From assembly GCA_964498175.1 (NCBI GenBank), contig CAZCHA010000001.1:1-40450 (forward strand): a DNA stretch of 40,450 nt, in the 5' to 3' direction. How positions within the stretch are numbered: the first letter of the stretch is position 1; every line of letters begins with the position of its first letter. The notes below the pieces were generated by a model, which did no database searches, was not told where the DNA came from, and was given only the letters and a program-made list of their open reading frames with translations. The position numbers were made by a program, and so were the translations under genes. Below are positions 16,571-27,437 of this stretch, piece after piece. The DNA is from an uncultured bacterium. Lineage in GTDB: Bacteria > Fidelibacterota > Marinisomatia > Marinisomatales > UBA1611.

Positions 16571-19500
16571 ATGATGCATAAGGAAAAGAAAATTTACCCA
16601 TTATTTGACCCACAGATGTTTCACGATGCCTGTGGTATCGGGTTCATTGTAACCCGATCTGGAAAACCGGAGAAACGAATTCTGCCCCTTGCTATAAAAG
16701 CATTAAAACGACTATCCCACCGTGGTGCAAAATCCTATGATCGAAAATCGGGTGATGGTTCCGGTATTCTCATAGACTTGCCAATAACCTTTTTCAAGAC
16801 TGTCCTGCGTAATGAGTTTAATATGTCCATTGTCCGAGGAGAAATTTTGGCAGTGGCTATGGTTTTTACAACTGCACATGAGCGGAAGTGGCTGGAAGAA
16901 TTATTTGACGCTCATGTAAAGAAGTCGGGATTCGATTTACTTGCGGTTAGGCTTGTTCCCACAAAAAAGAAATCTTTAGGTGAACTCGCATCTAAAACTA
17001 AACCGCTGATATTGCAATTCATTGTTTCTGGTAAAAAAATCAGGAAGAGAAATATTGAGACTAGATTATATCTTTTAAGAAAAATAATTGAGAAACATAT
17101 ATTAAATAAAAGAAAAAGATCATATATCTGTTCTTTCTCATCAAAAATAATTGTCTATAAGGGCCTGATGGCATCAGTACAGCTCGATCAGTTTTATCTT
17201 GATCTACGCCATATAGATTTTATTGTAAAAATGGTTTTATTCCATGAGCGGTTTTCTACGAATACAGGATCGACCTGGGCCATGGCCCAGCCGTTTCAAA
17301 TGATTGCCCATAATGGTGAATTCAATACCATAAAAGGAAACAGGTTATGGATGAAAGCTCGTGAAAATGCAATTTCATCAAAATTTTGGGGGTCGGATTT
17401 AGATAACCTGAAACCAATTATAAAATATAAAGGAAGTGATTCAAAAAGTTTCGACAATGTATTGGAATTTTTGGTAAGAAGCGGTCGGGATATTTTTGAG
17501 AGTGTTATGATTATGATCCCGGATTCATATTATCAAAACAAGAAATATTACAATAACCGAGACATGAATAAAAAAATGCGTGATTATTTTGTGTACCATG
17601 AAAATTTTATAGAACCCTGGGATGGCCCTGCTGCAGTTGTTTATACCGATGGTGATTTTGTGGGTGCTAAAATGGATCGTAATGGTTTGCGCCCTCTGAG
17701 GTATACCATTACGAAAGATGATCTTGTCATCATGGCCTCAGAAGCTGGCATTATTGACGTGGATGATGATAACTTGGTTCTACACCATCATATGAAATCC
17801 GAGGAAATATTTGGTGTGTCTCTATGCGATGGTACTATCACCAAAAATAAAGAATTGAAAATTAGAGAAGCATCAAAAAAGCCCTATGGCCAGCTTTTAA
17901 GAAATAACCTGCACGTTTTAAAGAGACAGAAACCTTCCGATGAGTTTGGAAAATTCGAATTGCCGGCAGACGGATTTGATCAGCGTTTACGAATTGCACT
18001 TGGATGGTCAAAAGAAGACATCACTAAATTTTTAATTCCAATGGCTACGAATAGAAGAGAACCGTTGGGATCTATGGGAGATGATACACCCCTGGCGGCA
18101 TTTTCACAAATCGACCGCAGGTTTTATGATTATTTTAAACAGTGGTTTGCCCAAGTTACAAATCCGCCGATTGATTCAATCAGAGAACGATCCGTCATGA
18201 GTTTATTTAAATACTTGGGAAGCGAGGATAACCTATTAAGTACTACACCGACATTTGATGGCGCAATAAGAATAACGAGTCCTGTCCTATCGCCAAATGA
18301 ACTATTAGAACTCTATGGGCATCATAAATGGTTTGCACACAAAAAATTTATTTGCCAATATAAAAAATCTGGTAGCCTGAATTCAAAGCTTCAACGGATC
18401 AATCATGATTGTGCAAATGCAGTACAAGAGGGTGCTAAAATTATTTTATTGAGTGATGAAGGTTTAAAGTATAACACCCTGCCTGTACCAATGCCCCTGG
18501 TCGTTTCTTCCGTACATCATTATCTGGTTGAAAAAAAGTTAAGAAGCAAAGTTTCAATCCTCTGTATTGCCGGTGATGTTGTTGAAGATCATCATATTGC
18601 AGTTTTAATTGCTTTGGGTGCCAGTGCGGTATATCCCTATATGGCTTATGAACTCATCAGAGAACATTTTAGAAAAGATGATTGGGTAGAAAAAATGAGT
18701 AATTATCGTTACGCACTCGAAAAAGGATTACTCAAGATCATGTCCAAAATGGGAATATCCACCATAAGCAGCTACCATGGCAGTATGTTACTGCATTCCA
18801 TCGGTTTGGGTCCAAAAATTTCTAAAACCTATTTTCCAACCATGACCAGTTACCTGGGTGGAATTGAGCTTGAACATGTTCATGATTCACTATTGAAACG
18901 TCATGAAATGGCTTTTGAAAAGGAAAAGATGGCATTGGGTGAAAAGGGTTTATACAGGTACAGAAAGCAAGGGGAACGTCATGGGTTTAACCCTGCGAAT
19001 TTTAAAAAAATACAATCTGGATCAGCAGGTAAATTGGCCTCAAAACCATCCGCTGATATTGATTTAGTTTACATTAGAGAATTTTTCACCATAGCAAGTA
19101 AAAGAACTTCTATCAATATTGATATGGTGGAGTCACCAGAATCAATTCTCAAGCGATTGGGCTCAGGAGGTATCTCGTTTGGAGCAATTTCTGAAAAATC
19201 CCATCGAGAGCTTGCAAGAGGTTTTGCTTTAGTTGGTGCCAGAAGCAATACAGGCGAGGGAGGTGAGCTGGAAGATCGTTACAATGTCTCCAACCCTGAT
19301 AAAAATGTGAATTCTTATATAAAACAGATTGCAAGCGGAAGATTTGGGGTCAACGTTGAGTATCTCACGGCAGCGCGCGAAATACAAATAAAAATGGCAC
19401 AAGGTGCAAAACCAGGTGAAGGGGGTCAGTTGCCTGGGTTTAAAGTTTCAAATTTAATTGCTTCTGCCAGGTCCGCAACTCCGGGCATGCCGTTGATTAG

Positions 19501-21067
19501 CCCGCCACCTCACCACGATATTTATAGTATTGAAGATATCAAACAATTGATTTATGATCTAAAAGTGGTAAACCCACGAGCGAAAGTATCTGTAAAACTG
19601 GTGGCCCAGCCAAGTATTGGTACAATTGCTTCTGGGGTTGTAAAGGCCGGCGCGGACATTGTTTTGATCTCTGGTGCAGACGGAGGTACAGGTGCAAGTC
19701 CATTGGGTTCATTAAAACACGCAGGTTTTCCCTGGGAGTATGGGTTGGTGGAAGCCCACCAGGCTCTTCATGCAAATGGACTTCGTAATCGAGTTATCCT
19801 TAGAGTCGATGGTGGAATTAAATGGGCCAGAGATATTATCAATGCGGCCATCCTTGGTGCGGAGGAGTTTGATTTTGGTACGGCAGCCCTGGTTTCTTTG
19901 GGTTGTGTCATGGCCAGGCAGTGTCACTTAAATACTTGTCCTGCCGGCATTGCTACAAATGATGAAAAGTTTATGAAGAAATTCAAGGGAAAAGCAGAGA
20001 ACGTTAGTAATTACCTGGAAAAGATTACCCAGGAATTAAGATTAGAATTATCTCAAATGGGCTATGTGCATTTACAGTCCATTATAGGTCGGACAGATTT
20101 ATTAAAAATCAACAGTGCATATAAGGGATATATGAAAAGCCGCGGACTTAATTTTGATATCCTATTAAACAAAAATGCAAAAAATGGCTTACCATTGCTA
20201 TCTGACATGAAAGTGCAATATACAGATGTTAGGCAGAAAAAAACCATCGATGAAGAAATTATCGATGAAATACGATCAGAACTGCTGACCCATGGTCATG
20301 CGGTTGTCTATAAAAATATAAAAAATACGGATAGAGCAATCGGTACACGTATCTCCGGTGAAATTTCTTTTCTATTCGGAAGAAATAATTTTAAAGGAAA
20401 TATCCAGTGCCGTTTATTTGGTACAGCTGGACAAAGTTTTGGCGCATTTTTAAGCAAGGGCATAGAACTTCGTTTAAAAGGGATTGCCAATGATTATGTG
20501 GGCAAAGGCATGTCCTCAGGATTGATTACTATTCGAATGCCGGAAAAAATTCGTAGACAAGATACAGACCATACAGTTATTGGCAATGTAGCCCTCTATG
20601 GAGCAACCGGAGGACAAATGTTTGTTGCGGGTAGAGGGGGAGAAAGATTCGCTGTTAGAAATAGTGGGGCATCAGGTGTAATAGAAGGGGTCGGCAATCA
20701 TGGGTGTGAATACATGACACAGGGAACGATCATTATTCTTGGGCAAATAGGGAAAAATTTTGGCGCCGGTATGACAGGAGGTATTGCTTATGTTTACTCC
20801 AAGAAAAAAAAGCTAAAAAATTATATTAATAAAGACTTTATAAATGAAGTTAATTTGGAGAAAAAAGATCAGAGTTTGGTTTTAAGGTTTTTAAGAAGCC
20901 ATATTTTTCATACTGATTCATCCATCGGTAAAAGGATTGTAAATAATTGGAATCATGAAATACAGTTTTTTAAAAAATTAATTCCCACTGCCATGGATAT
21001 TATGGATCTGGACAATATATACAACTTACATGTTGCAGATCGAATCAATGTGATGTTAAACGAGTAG
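16571..21067 (+). CDS. gltB: Glutamate synthase large subunit
   Basis: Ntn-amidotransferase Cys in MFHDACGIGF. FMN/3Fe-4S region CHLNTCPAGIAT. C-terminal GXGXG beta-helix (GNHGCEYMTQGTIIILG, GAGMTGGIAYV). Length 1,498 aa. Confidence 0.95.
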   Translation: MMHKEKKIYPLFDPQMFHDACGIGFIVTRSGKPEKRILPLAIKALKRLSHRGAKSYDRKSGDGSGILIDLPITFFKTVLRNEFNMSIVRGEILAVAMVFTTAHERKWLEELFDAHVKKSGFDLLAVRLVPTKKKSLGELASKTKPLILQFIVSGKKIRKRNIETRLYLLRKIIEKHILNKRKRSYICSFSSKIIVYKGLMASVQLDQFYLDLRHIDFIVKMVLFHERFSTNTGSTWAMAQPFQMIAHNGEFNTIKGNRLWMKARENAISSKFWGSDLDNLKPIIKYKGSDSKSFDNVLEFLVRSGRDIFESVMIMIPDSYYQNKKYYNNRDMNKKMRDYFVYHENFIEPWDGPAAVVYTDGDFVGAKMDRNGLRPLRYTITKDDLVIMASEAGIIDVDDDNLVLHHHMKSEEIFGVSLCDGTITKNKELKIREASKKPYGQLLRNNLHVLKRQKPSDEFGKFELPADGFDQRLRIALGWSKEDITKFLIPMATNRREPLGSMGDDTPLAAFSQIDRRFYDYFKQWFAQVTNPPIDSIRERSVMSLFKYLGSEDNLLSTTPTFDGAIRITSPVLSPNELLELYGHHKWFAHKKFICQYKKSGSLNSKLQRINHDCANAVQEGAKIILLSDEGLKYNTLPVPMPLVVSSVHHYLVEKKLRSKVSILCIAGDVVEDHHIAVLIALGASAVYPYMAYELIREHFRKDDWVEKMSNYRYALEKGLLKIMSKMGISTISSYHGSMLLHSIGLGPKISKTYFPTMTSYLGGIELEHVHDSLLKRHEMAFEKEKMALGEKGLYRYRKQGERHGFNPANFKKIQSGSAGKLASKPSADIDLVYIREFFTIASKRTSINIDMVESPESILKRLGSGGISFGAISEKSHRELARGFALVGARSNTGEGGELEDRYNVSNPDKNVNSYIKQIASGRFGVNVEYLTAAREIQIKMAQGAKPGEGGQLPGFKVSNLIASARSATPGMPLISPPPHHDIYSIEDIKQLIYDLKVVNPRAKVSVKLVAQPSIGTIASGVVKAGADIVLISGADGGTGASPLGSLKHAGFPWEYGLVEAHQALHANGLRNRVILRVDGGIKWARDIINAAILGAEEFDFGTAALVSLGCVMARQCHLNTCPAGIATNDEKFMKKFKGKAENVSNYLEKITQELRLELSQMGYVHLQSIIGRTDLLKINSAYKGYMKSRGLNFDILLNKNAKNGLPLLSDMKVQYTDVRQKKTIDEEIIDEIRSELLTHGHAVVYKNIKNTDRAIGTRISGEISFLFGRNNFKGNIQCRLFGTAGQSFGAFLSKGIELRLKGIANDYVGKGMSSGLITIRMPEKIRRQDTDHTVIGNVALYGATGGQMFVAGRGGERFAVRNSGASGVIEGVGNHGCEYMTQGTIIILGQIGKNFGAGMTGGIAYVYSKKKKLKNYINKDFINEVNLEKKDQSLVLRFLRSHIFHTDSSIGKRIVNNWNHEIQFFKKLIPTAMDIMDLDNIYNLHVADRINVMLNE

Positions 21068-21084
21068 TTTTCGAAGAAAAATAT

Positions 21085-22698
21085 TTATTCTTTCTTTTCC
21101 AATAAATTGACTTTTTGTTTTATTTTAGTTTTCATTAACCGGTAATTAAAACTGTCTCTTAATGCTTCCCAACTGGCTTCAATGATATTTTCAGACACAC
21201 CAATAGTTGACCAACTTTCATTCCCATCTGAGCTTTCTATTAATACACGAACTTTTGCGCTGGTACCATCTTGCTCGTTCAAAACACGAACTTTATAATC
21301 CGTGAGTTTTATTTGTTCTAGCTCAGGAAAAAATCTAACCAATGCTTTCTTGATTGCATTATTCAGTGCATTGACTGGACCATTGCCATCAGCCGCAGTA
21401 TGTTCAATTTCACCATCAACTTTTACTTTCAGCATAGCATCTGCATTGCTTTGCCCATGCTTATCATAATTCACATTGACCCGGGATTCCAATACTTCAA
21501 AAAAGGGAACAAATGACCCTTTCCGTTTTTGCAATATGAGTTCAAAAGATGCTTCGGCGCCTTCAAATTGATAGCCATCATGTTCCAATGATTTAATCTG
21601 ATGCACCAGATCTTTGGTTAATTGTTTATCACCATTCAGTTCAACATTTAACTCATCAGCTTTAAATCGAATATTACTTTGACCCGAAAGATCCGATACA
21701 AGAACACGTTGATGACTCCCTACTTTCTTGGGATCAATGTGCTCATACATTCTACTATCTTTCATAACGGCACTTACATGGATTCCACCTTTATGAGCAA
21801 ATGCCGATTTCCCTACATAAGGTGCCTGATCATCGGGGTGTAGATTCATTAATTCATAAACGAAGTGCGTTAAAGAAGTCAGCTTTTCTAAATCGATTTC
21901 TGATTGCATTTGGCGATTCATTTTTAAAATTAAATTGGGTATAATTGTCCCTAAGTTTGCATTGCCGCAACGTTCACCCACACCATTTATCGTCCCTTGA
22001 ACATGAGTAGCACCTGCTATAACCGCAGACAAAGTATTGGCTGTTGCGAGGCCACCATCATTATGAACGTGCACACCAATTTGTGATTCAAACTTTTTAA
22101 CTACGGCTTCCGTAGCTTTTTGAATAAACTCTGGCAAAGAACCACCATTTGTATCACATAATACTAACGTGTCTGCACCACCTTTTTGTGCTGCATCTAA
22201 CATCTTCAATGCAAAAGATGGAGATGTTTTATAGCCATCAAAAAAATGTTCCGCATCAAAGATGATACGCTTCCCTTCCTTAACCAAAAAGGCGACCGAT
22301 CTTTCTATCAGTTCTGCATTTTCATCTTCTTTTAAACTGAGCCCTTTTTTTGAATGAAGTTGCCAAGTTTTACCAAAAATTGTTATAATTGGTGTTTCAG
22401 CTTTTAAAAGAGCATTCAAGTTAGGATCTGATTCTATTTTATCTGGCCAACGTGCTGTAGAGCCAAAAGAGCAAACTTGTGCCTGTTTCAGATTTAATTC
22501 ATGGCATCTCTGGAAAAACTCCTGATCACGTGGATTGCTACCAGGCCAACCTCCTTCCAATATATTAATCCCAAAGTCATCTAATTTATCCGCAATTCGA
22601 AGCTTATCATCAACGGATAAATTGACGCCTTCACCTTGAGTCCCATCTCGAAGAGTTGTATCAAATAATTCAATCGTTTTTAATTGTTCATTTATCAT
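21085..22698 (-). CDS. cimA: Citramalate synthase-type LeuA paralogue (LeuA_rel / CimA-like)
   Basis: [15 protein letters not shown] (TQGEG rather than the GEQ of LeuA), [12 protein letters not shown], and a C-terminal LeuA-type regulatory domain. I prefer the ATG at 22698 (MINEQ...), which makes an ATGA overlap with the leuD stop. The track's 22713 start is a TTG. Confidence 0.75.
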   Translation of the reverse strand: MINEQLKTIELFDTTLRDGTQGEGVNLSVDDKLRIADKLDDFGINILEGGWPGSNPRDQEFFQRCHELNLKQAQVCSFGSTARWPDKIESDPNLNALLKAETPIITIFGKTWQLHSKKGLSLKEDENAELIERSVAFLVKEGKRIIFDAEHFFDGYKTSPSFALKMLDAAQKGGADTLVLCDTNGGSLPEFIQKATEAVVKKFESQIGVHVHNDGGLATANTLSAVIAGATHVQGTINGVGERCGNANLGTIIPNLILKMNRQMQSEIDLEKLTSLTHFVYELMNLHPDDQAPYVGKSAFAHKGGIHVSAVMKDSRMYEHIDPKKVGSHQRVLVSDLSGQSNIRFKADELNVELNGDKQLTKDLVHQIKSLEHDGYQFEGAEASFELILQKRKGSFVPFFEVLESRVNVNYDKHGQSNADAMLKVKVDGEIEHTAADGNGPVNALNNAIKKALVRFFPELEQIKLTDYKVRVLNEQDGTSAKVRVLIESSDGNESWSTIGVSENIIEASWEALRDSFNYRLMKTKIKQKVNLLEKKE

Positions 22699-23336
22699 GT
22701 TGTAAATAGCCAAGGATGTTTTTTCTGGTAATTTGCCTCAAATGCTCTTATCACATCTTCATGGGCTAAGGTCAGGCCAATTTCGTCCAACCCTTTCAAT
22801 AAGGCATCTTTCCTGAATTTTTCCAGTTTAAAAAATAATTTATTGCCGGAAGAATCAATTAATGACTGCTCATCTAAATTCACCTTCAAAGTAAATCCAG
22901 GTTTAGACTCCGTTTTTTTAAAAAGAGATAAAATAATATCCTCATCTAACGTTATTGGTAGGATTCCATTTTTAAAACAATTATTATAAAAAATGTCTGC
23001 AAAACTTTCTGCTATAATCGTTTTGAAACCATAATCTACCAAAGCCCAAGGAGCATGCTCACGGCTGGAACCACATCCAAAATTTTCACGAGTTAATAAA
23101 ACAGATGCACTTTTATATCGATTCTGGTTTAAAACAAAATCTTGATTTAGGGGGCGGTTGCTGCAATCCTGACCTGGCTCACCATGATCCAAGTACCGCC
23201 ATTCATCAAATAAGTTTGGACCAAAACCAGTCCGATGAATAGATTTCAAAAACTGTTTTGGGATAATTGCATCAGTATCAATATTGGCACGGTTTAATGG
23301 TGCGACAATACCGGTAAATGTTTGAAATTTCTCCAT
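22695..23336 (-). CDS. leuD: 3-isopropylmalate dehydratase small subunit
   Basis: LeuD swivel-domain motifs [15 protein letters not shown]. Adjacent to leuC with a 1-nt gap. Confidence 0.93.
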   Translation of the reverse strand: MEKFQTFTGIVAPLNRANIDTDAIIPKQFLKSIHRTGFGPNLFDEWRYLDHGEPGQDCSNRPLNQDFVLNQNRYKSASVLLTRENFGCGSSREHAPWALVDYGFKTIIAESFADIFYNNCFKNGILPITLDEDIILSLFKKTESKPGFTLKVNLDEQSLIDSSGNKLFFKLEKFRKDALLKGLDEIGLTLAHEDVIRAFEANYQKKHPWLFTT

Positions 23337-23337
23337 C

Positions 23338-24729
23338 TTAATTATTCCAATTTGTTGTCACATTAACAAAGTGGCCTTTAATTGCTGCAGCAGCGGCCAT
23401 GGCAGGACTCACCAAATGTGTCCGCCCGCCTTGCCCTTGGCGACCTTCAAAATTCCGGTTCGATGTTGATGCGCAGCGTTCACCTGATTCTAAACGATCC
23501 GCATTCATAGCCAAACACATAGAACAGCCGGGCTCCCGCCATTCAAAACCTGCATCCAGGAATATCTTATCCAACCCTTCCTTTTCAGCTTGGTCTTTTA
23601 CAGGGCCAGACCCAGGAACAACCATAGCCAATTTGATAGAATCAGCAATTTTTTTACCTTCAACTACTTTTGCTGCTTCCCTTAAATCTTCAATTCTGGA
23701 ATTTGTACAAGACCCGATAAATATTTTATCCAACAAAATATCTTTTATAGGCTTTCCCATTTCTAATCCCATATAATCCAATACTGGTTGAAATTTTCCA
23801 TTAGTTGAAAAAGGAATTTCACCTTCAACATCCACAACTAATTCAGGTGATGTTCCCCAAGTAACCATAGGATTTATATCATTTGCATTTATTGCAATTA
23901 TTTTATCAAATACAGCATCTTCATCACTTTGTAGAGTCTGCCAATATTCATGAGCTTGTTCCCATAATTCACCTTTAGGAGAAAATGGTTTTCCATTTAC
24001 ATAGTCCAACGTTGTTTGATCCACAGCGATTAAACCGGCGCGCGCGCCAGCTTCAATGGTCATATTGCAAACTGTCATTCGCCCTTCCATGGATAATGCT
24101 TTTATCGCATTGCCGCCAAATTCGATTGCATAGCCTGTCCCCCCAGCTGTACCAATTTTTCCAATAATAAATAATATTAGATCTTTAGCAGTGATGTCTT
24201 GTTTCAATTCACCATCTACTTTGATGAGCATATTTTTTGATTTTTGCTGAATCAAACATTGGGTAGCCAGTACATGCTCAACTTCTGATGTACCAATTCC
24301 AAATGCCAAAGCACCTAAAGCACCGTGAGTTGATGTGTGAGAATCTCCACAAACGATAGTCATACCGGGAAGTGTCAATCCCTGCTCCGGGCCGATGACA
24401 TGTACGATGCCCTGATTTGGATCCGACATTTTAAATTCTTTGATTTGAAAGGAATCGCAATTTTTATCTAGTGTATCCACTTGTAATTTTGATACGGGAT
24501 CTTCAATCCCTTTATCTCGATCTTTGGTTGGAATATTATGATCCGGAACTGCCACATTTGCTTCGGTTCGCCACAAGGAACGATTTGTCAAACGCATTCC
24601 ATCAAATGCTTGCGGTGATGTCACCTCATGAATAAGTTGCCGATCAATATACAATAGGCTTGTCCCATCTTCATTCTCACGAACAAGGTGACTCTCCCAT
24701 AGCTTGTCAAATAATGTTTTTCCATTCAT
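23338..24729 (-). CDS. leuC: 3-isopropylmalate dehydratase large subunit
   Basis: Aconitase-family motifs [23 protein letters not shown] and GCSMCLAMN (Fe-S Cys ligands). Confidence 0.95.
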   Translation of the reverse strand: MNGKTLFDKLWESHLVRENEDGTSLLYIDRQLIHEVTSPQAFDGMRLTNRSLWRTEANVAVPDHNIPTKDRDKGIEDPVSKLQVDTLDKNCDSFQIKEFKMSDPNQGIVHVIGPEQGLTLPGMTIVCGDSHTSTHGALGALAFGIGTSEVEHVLATQCLIQQKSKNMLIKVDGELKQDITAKDLILFIIGKIGTAGGTGYAIEFGGNAIKALSMEGRMTVCNMTIEAGARAGLIAVDQTTLDYVNGKPFSPKGELWEQAHEYWQTLQSDEDAVFDKIIAINANDINPMVTWGTSPELVVDVEGEIPFSTNGKFQPVLDYMGLEMGKPIKDILLDKIFIGSCTNSRIEDLREAAKVVEGKKIADSIKLAMVVPGSGPVKDQAEKEGLDKIFLDAGFEWREPGCSMCLAMNADRLESGERCASTSNRNFEGRQGQGGRTHLVSPAMAAAAAIKGHFVNVTTNWNN

Positions 24730-24732
24730 GCT

Positions 24733-26310
24733 TTATACAGTTTCAGTGATTTCTTCAAAGACGTTTTCCATATTTTTCAAGGATTCATAATGATTGAGCG
24801 CTTGTAAATATGCTTTTGCACTGGCACGAATTGTATCAGTTGAAACGCCTTTTCCAGAATAAGCGCTATCTTGAATTTTTATTCGTACAGTTACTTCACC
24901 TTGGGCGCCCTTCCCAGCTGTAACAGATCTGACTTGGTAATGCTCCAACTTTGACATTTCTTGAAAATTTATGGCACGATTAATAGCACGGAAACAGGCA
25001 TCAACCGGGCCATCTCCTGTTGCTGATTCCTCATGCATTTTTTCTTCTGTTTTAATACGAACCGTTGCAGTGGCAATGGTAGTGGTTCCTAAATTAACAT
25101 GAAGATAATCCAAAGTATAAAATCCAATTTCACTTTTGGCTTCATCTCCCATTAAAACTCTTAAATCTTCATCAAATATTTCTTTTTTCTTATCAGCCAG
25201 GAGGACAAAGCGTTCGTAAATATTTCCAATTTTTTCATCGCTAATTTCATAACCTAACGCTTTCAATCTAGATGTTAATCCATGGCGGCCGGAATGACGA
25301 CCCAAAACGATTTTATTATTCACTATTCCAACAGATTCTGGCGTCATAATTTCATAAGTATCTCTGTTTTTCAGCATTCCATCCTGATGGATACCAGACT
25401 CATGGGCAAATGCATTTTCGCCAACAATAGCCTTGTTCGGTTGTACAAGTATCCCTGTAAAACCAGAAACCATTCTGCTGGCATTGTAAATTTCTTCTGT
25501 ATTGATACCTGTATGAAAATTCCAAAAATTTGAACGAACATTCAACGACATGACAAATTCTTCCATACTGGCATTACCGGCACGTTCACCAATTCCATTG
25601 ATGGTACATTCAACCTGCCGGGCACCATTAGCCACAGCAAAAAGTGAATTCGCCACAGCTAACCCAAGATCATTATGACAGTGAACACTAATCACCGCTT
25701 GATCTATATTTCTTACGCGAGATTTTAATTCTGCGATCTTTGTGCCGAATTCTTCAGGCATTGTATATCCGGTCGTATCAGGAATATTGACAGTGGTTGC
25801 ACCAGCATCAATAACCGCTTCAATAATTTCGCATAAATAGCCAATATCTGTACGACCGGCATCTTCCGCAGAAAATTCCACATCATCTGTAAATGTTTTT
25901 GCATACTGAACTGCATCGGTAGCCATCTTCAAAATAGTAGCTTGTTTTTCCGGTAGGGATTTTCCGTAGCGAGATGATTCAAATTTTCCATTAATATGAA
26001 TATCAGATGTCCCAATAAAGGTGTGAATTCGAGAACGTTCAGCCCCTTTTAATGATTTGTGACAGGCATCAATATCTCCATCAATCGTCCGGGCCAATCC
26101 AGTGATAATCGCATTCACAGAATCTGCAATTCGCTGAACCGCTTCAAATTGACCTTGAGATGATACGGGGAACCCTGCTTCAATCACATCCACATTTAAT
26201 CGTTCAAGCTGTTTTGCAATTTCTACTTTTTCAAACACATTCAAAGATGCGCCTGGTGCTTGTTCACCATCACGTAACGTGGTATCAAAAATAATTATTT
26301 TTTCACTCAT
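24733..26310 (-). CDS. leuA: 2-isopropylmalate synthase
   Basis: [24 protein letters not shown], and a C-terminal LeuA dimerisation/regulatory domain. Confidence 0.93.
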   Translation of the reverse strand: MSEKIIIFDTTLRDGEQAPGASLNVFEKVEIAKQLERLNVDVIEAGFPVSSQGQFEAVQRIADSVNAIITGLARTIDGDIDACHKSLKGAERSRIHTFIGTSDIHINGKFESSRYGKSLPEKQATILKMATDAVQYAKTFTDDVEFSAEDAGRTDIGYLCEIIEAVIDAGATTVNIPDTTGYTMPEEFGTKIAELKSRVRNIDQAVISVHCHNDLGLAVANSLFAVANGARQVECTINGIGERAGNASMEEFVMSLNVRSNFWNFHTGINTEEIYNASRMVSGFTGILVQPNKAIVGENAFAHESGIHQDGMLKNRDTYEIMTPESVGIVNNKIVLGRHSGRHGLTSRLKALGYEISDEKIGNIYERFVLLADKKKEIFDEDLRVLMGDEAKSEIGFYTLDYLHVNLGTTTIATATVRIKTEEKMHEESATGDGPVDACFRAINRAINFQEMSKLEHYQVRSVTAGKGAQGEVTVRIKIQDSAYSGKGVSTDTIRASAKAYLQALNHYESLKNMENVFEEITETV

Positions 26311-26312
26311 TC

Positions 26313-27419
26313 TTATTCCCTTACAAGTTCACGAGAATCTAAAATAGACTTATCCGTTTGTTGAAACGCATGAATTATTTCATCTCTCATTCCGTCAGTT
26401 GTTACAATTGTTGAACCTGGAGAAGCAATATCGATCGTTTTAATTCCATTTTCTAAAACAGATTCAATAGCGTTATTTAATCGATGCGCTGCTTTCGGTT
26501 GGTTTAATGTGATTTCTATCATCATAGCTACAGAACATATCATAGCAATTGGATTTGCCTTATTTTGTCCAGCAATCTCCGGGGCGGTGCCATGAACAGG
26601 TTCGTACATGGCGTGTTTTTCTCCGATACTAGCGGATGGCAACATCCCAAGACTGCCCGTAATCATGGCAGTAATATCACTTAAAATATCTCCAAATAAA
26701 TTTTGGGTTACAATCACATCAAATTGTTTGGGATCACGAACCAGTTGCATAGCTGCATTATCCACATACATATCTGATAATGGGACATCCGGATAATCTT
26801 TATGGACTTCATGGACTATATCCCTCCAGAATTGTGAACTATCTAGAACATTAGCTTTGTCAACCGATGTAACGTGCCCATTTCGTTTTCGAGCTAATTC
26901 AAATGCAACTTTGGCAATGCGTTCAACTTCATATTTTTTATATCGTAATGTATTAAATCCTTCACGTTTATCATGTCCACGGGGTTCACCGAAGTAAATT
27001 CCACCGGTCAGTTCCCTGACAACCATAACATCAGATCCAACGATAACATTTTTTTTTAAAGATGATGCATCTGCAAGAGGCGCGAAAATTTTTGCTGGAC
27101 GAAGATTGGAAAAAAGACCAAGCGCTTCACGGAGTTTCAATAATCCCTTTTCAGGTTTTTTCTCTTGGGGAAGGTTATCCCATTTAGGACCACCCACAGC
27201 ACCTAGAAGTACTGCATCAGATTCTAGACAGGACTGGAGTGCAGATTCGGTAATGGGTTGGTTAAACTGATCAAGAGATGCGCCTCCGGCTAATTCTGAT
27301 TTGATTTCAAAATTCAAGCCATATTCACTACCAACTAAATCTAATACAGCCAAGGCAGCATTCATCACTTCCGGACCTATCCCGTCTCCGGGAAGTGTAG
27401 TTATTTTGAAGGTTTTCAT
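26313..27419 (-). CDS. leuB: 3-isopropylmalate dehydrogenase
   Basis: LPGDGIGPEV, NLFGDILSD and GSLGMLPSAS blocks of the isocitrate/isopropylmalate dehydrogenase family. Operon context also supports it. Confidence 0.93.
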   Translation of the reverse strand: MKTFKITTLPGDGIGPEVMNAALAVLDLVGSEYGLNFEIKSELAGGASLDQFNQPITESALQSCLESDAVLLGAVGGPKWDNLPQEKKPEKGLLKLREALGLFSNLRPAKIFAPLADASSLKKNVIVGSDVMVVRELTGGIYFGEPRGHDKREGFNTLRYKKYEVERIAKVAFELARKRNGHVTSVDKANVLDSSQFWRDIVHEVHKDYPDVPLSDMYVDNAAMQLVRDPKQFDVIVTQNLFGDILSDITAMITGSLGMLPSASIGEKHAMYEPVHGTAPEIAGQNKANPIAMICSVAMMIEITLNQPKAAHRLNNAIESVLENGIKTIDIASPGSTIVTTDGMRDEIIHAFQQTDKSILDSRELVRE

Positions 27420-27437
27420 ATCAAGAATTTCAAAAAT

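Noticed and set aside
22699-22713. TTG start for cimA given by the ORF track
   Set aside because: The ATG at 22698 gives the conserved N-terminus ([19 protein letters not shown]) and a classic ATGA stop/start overlap with leuD. The TTG would overlap leuD by 19 nt.
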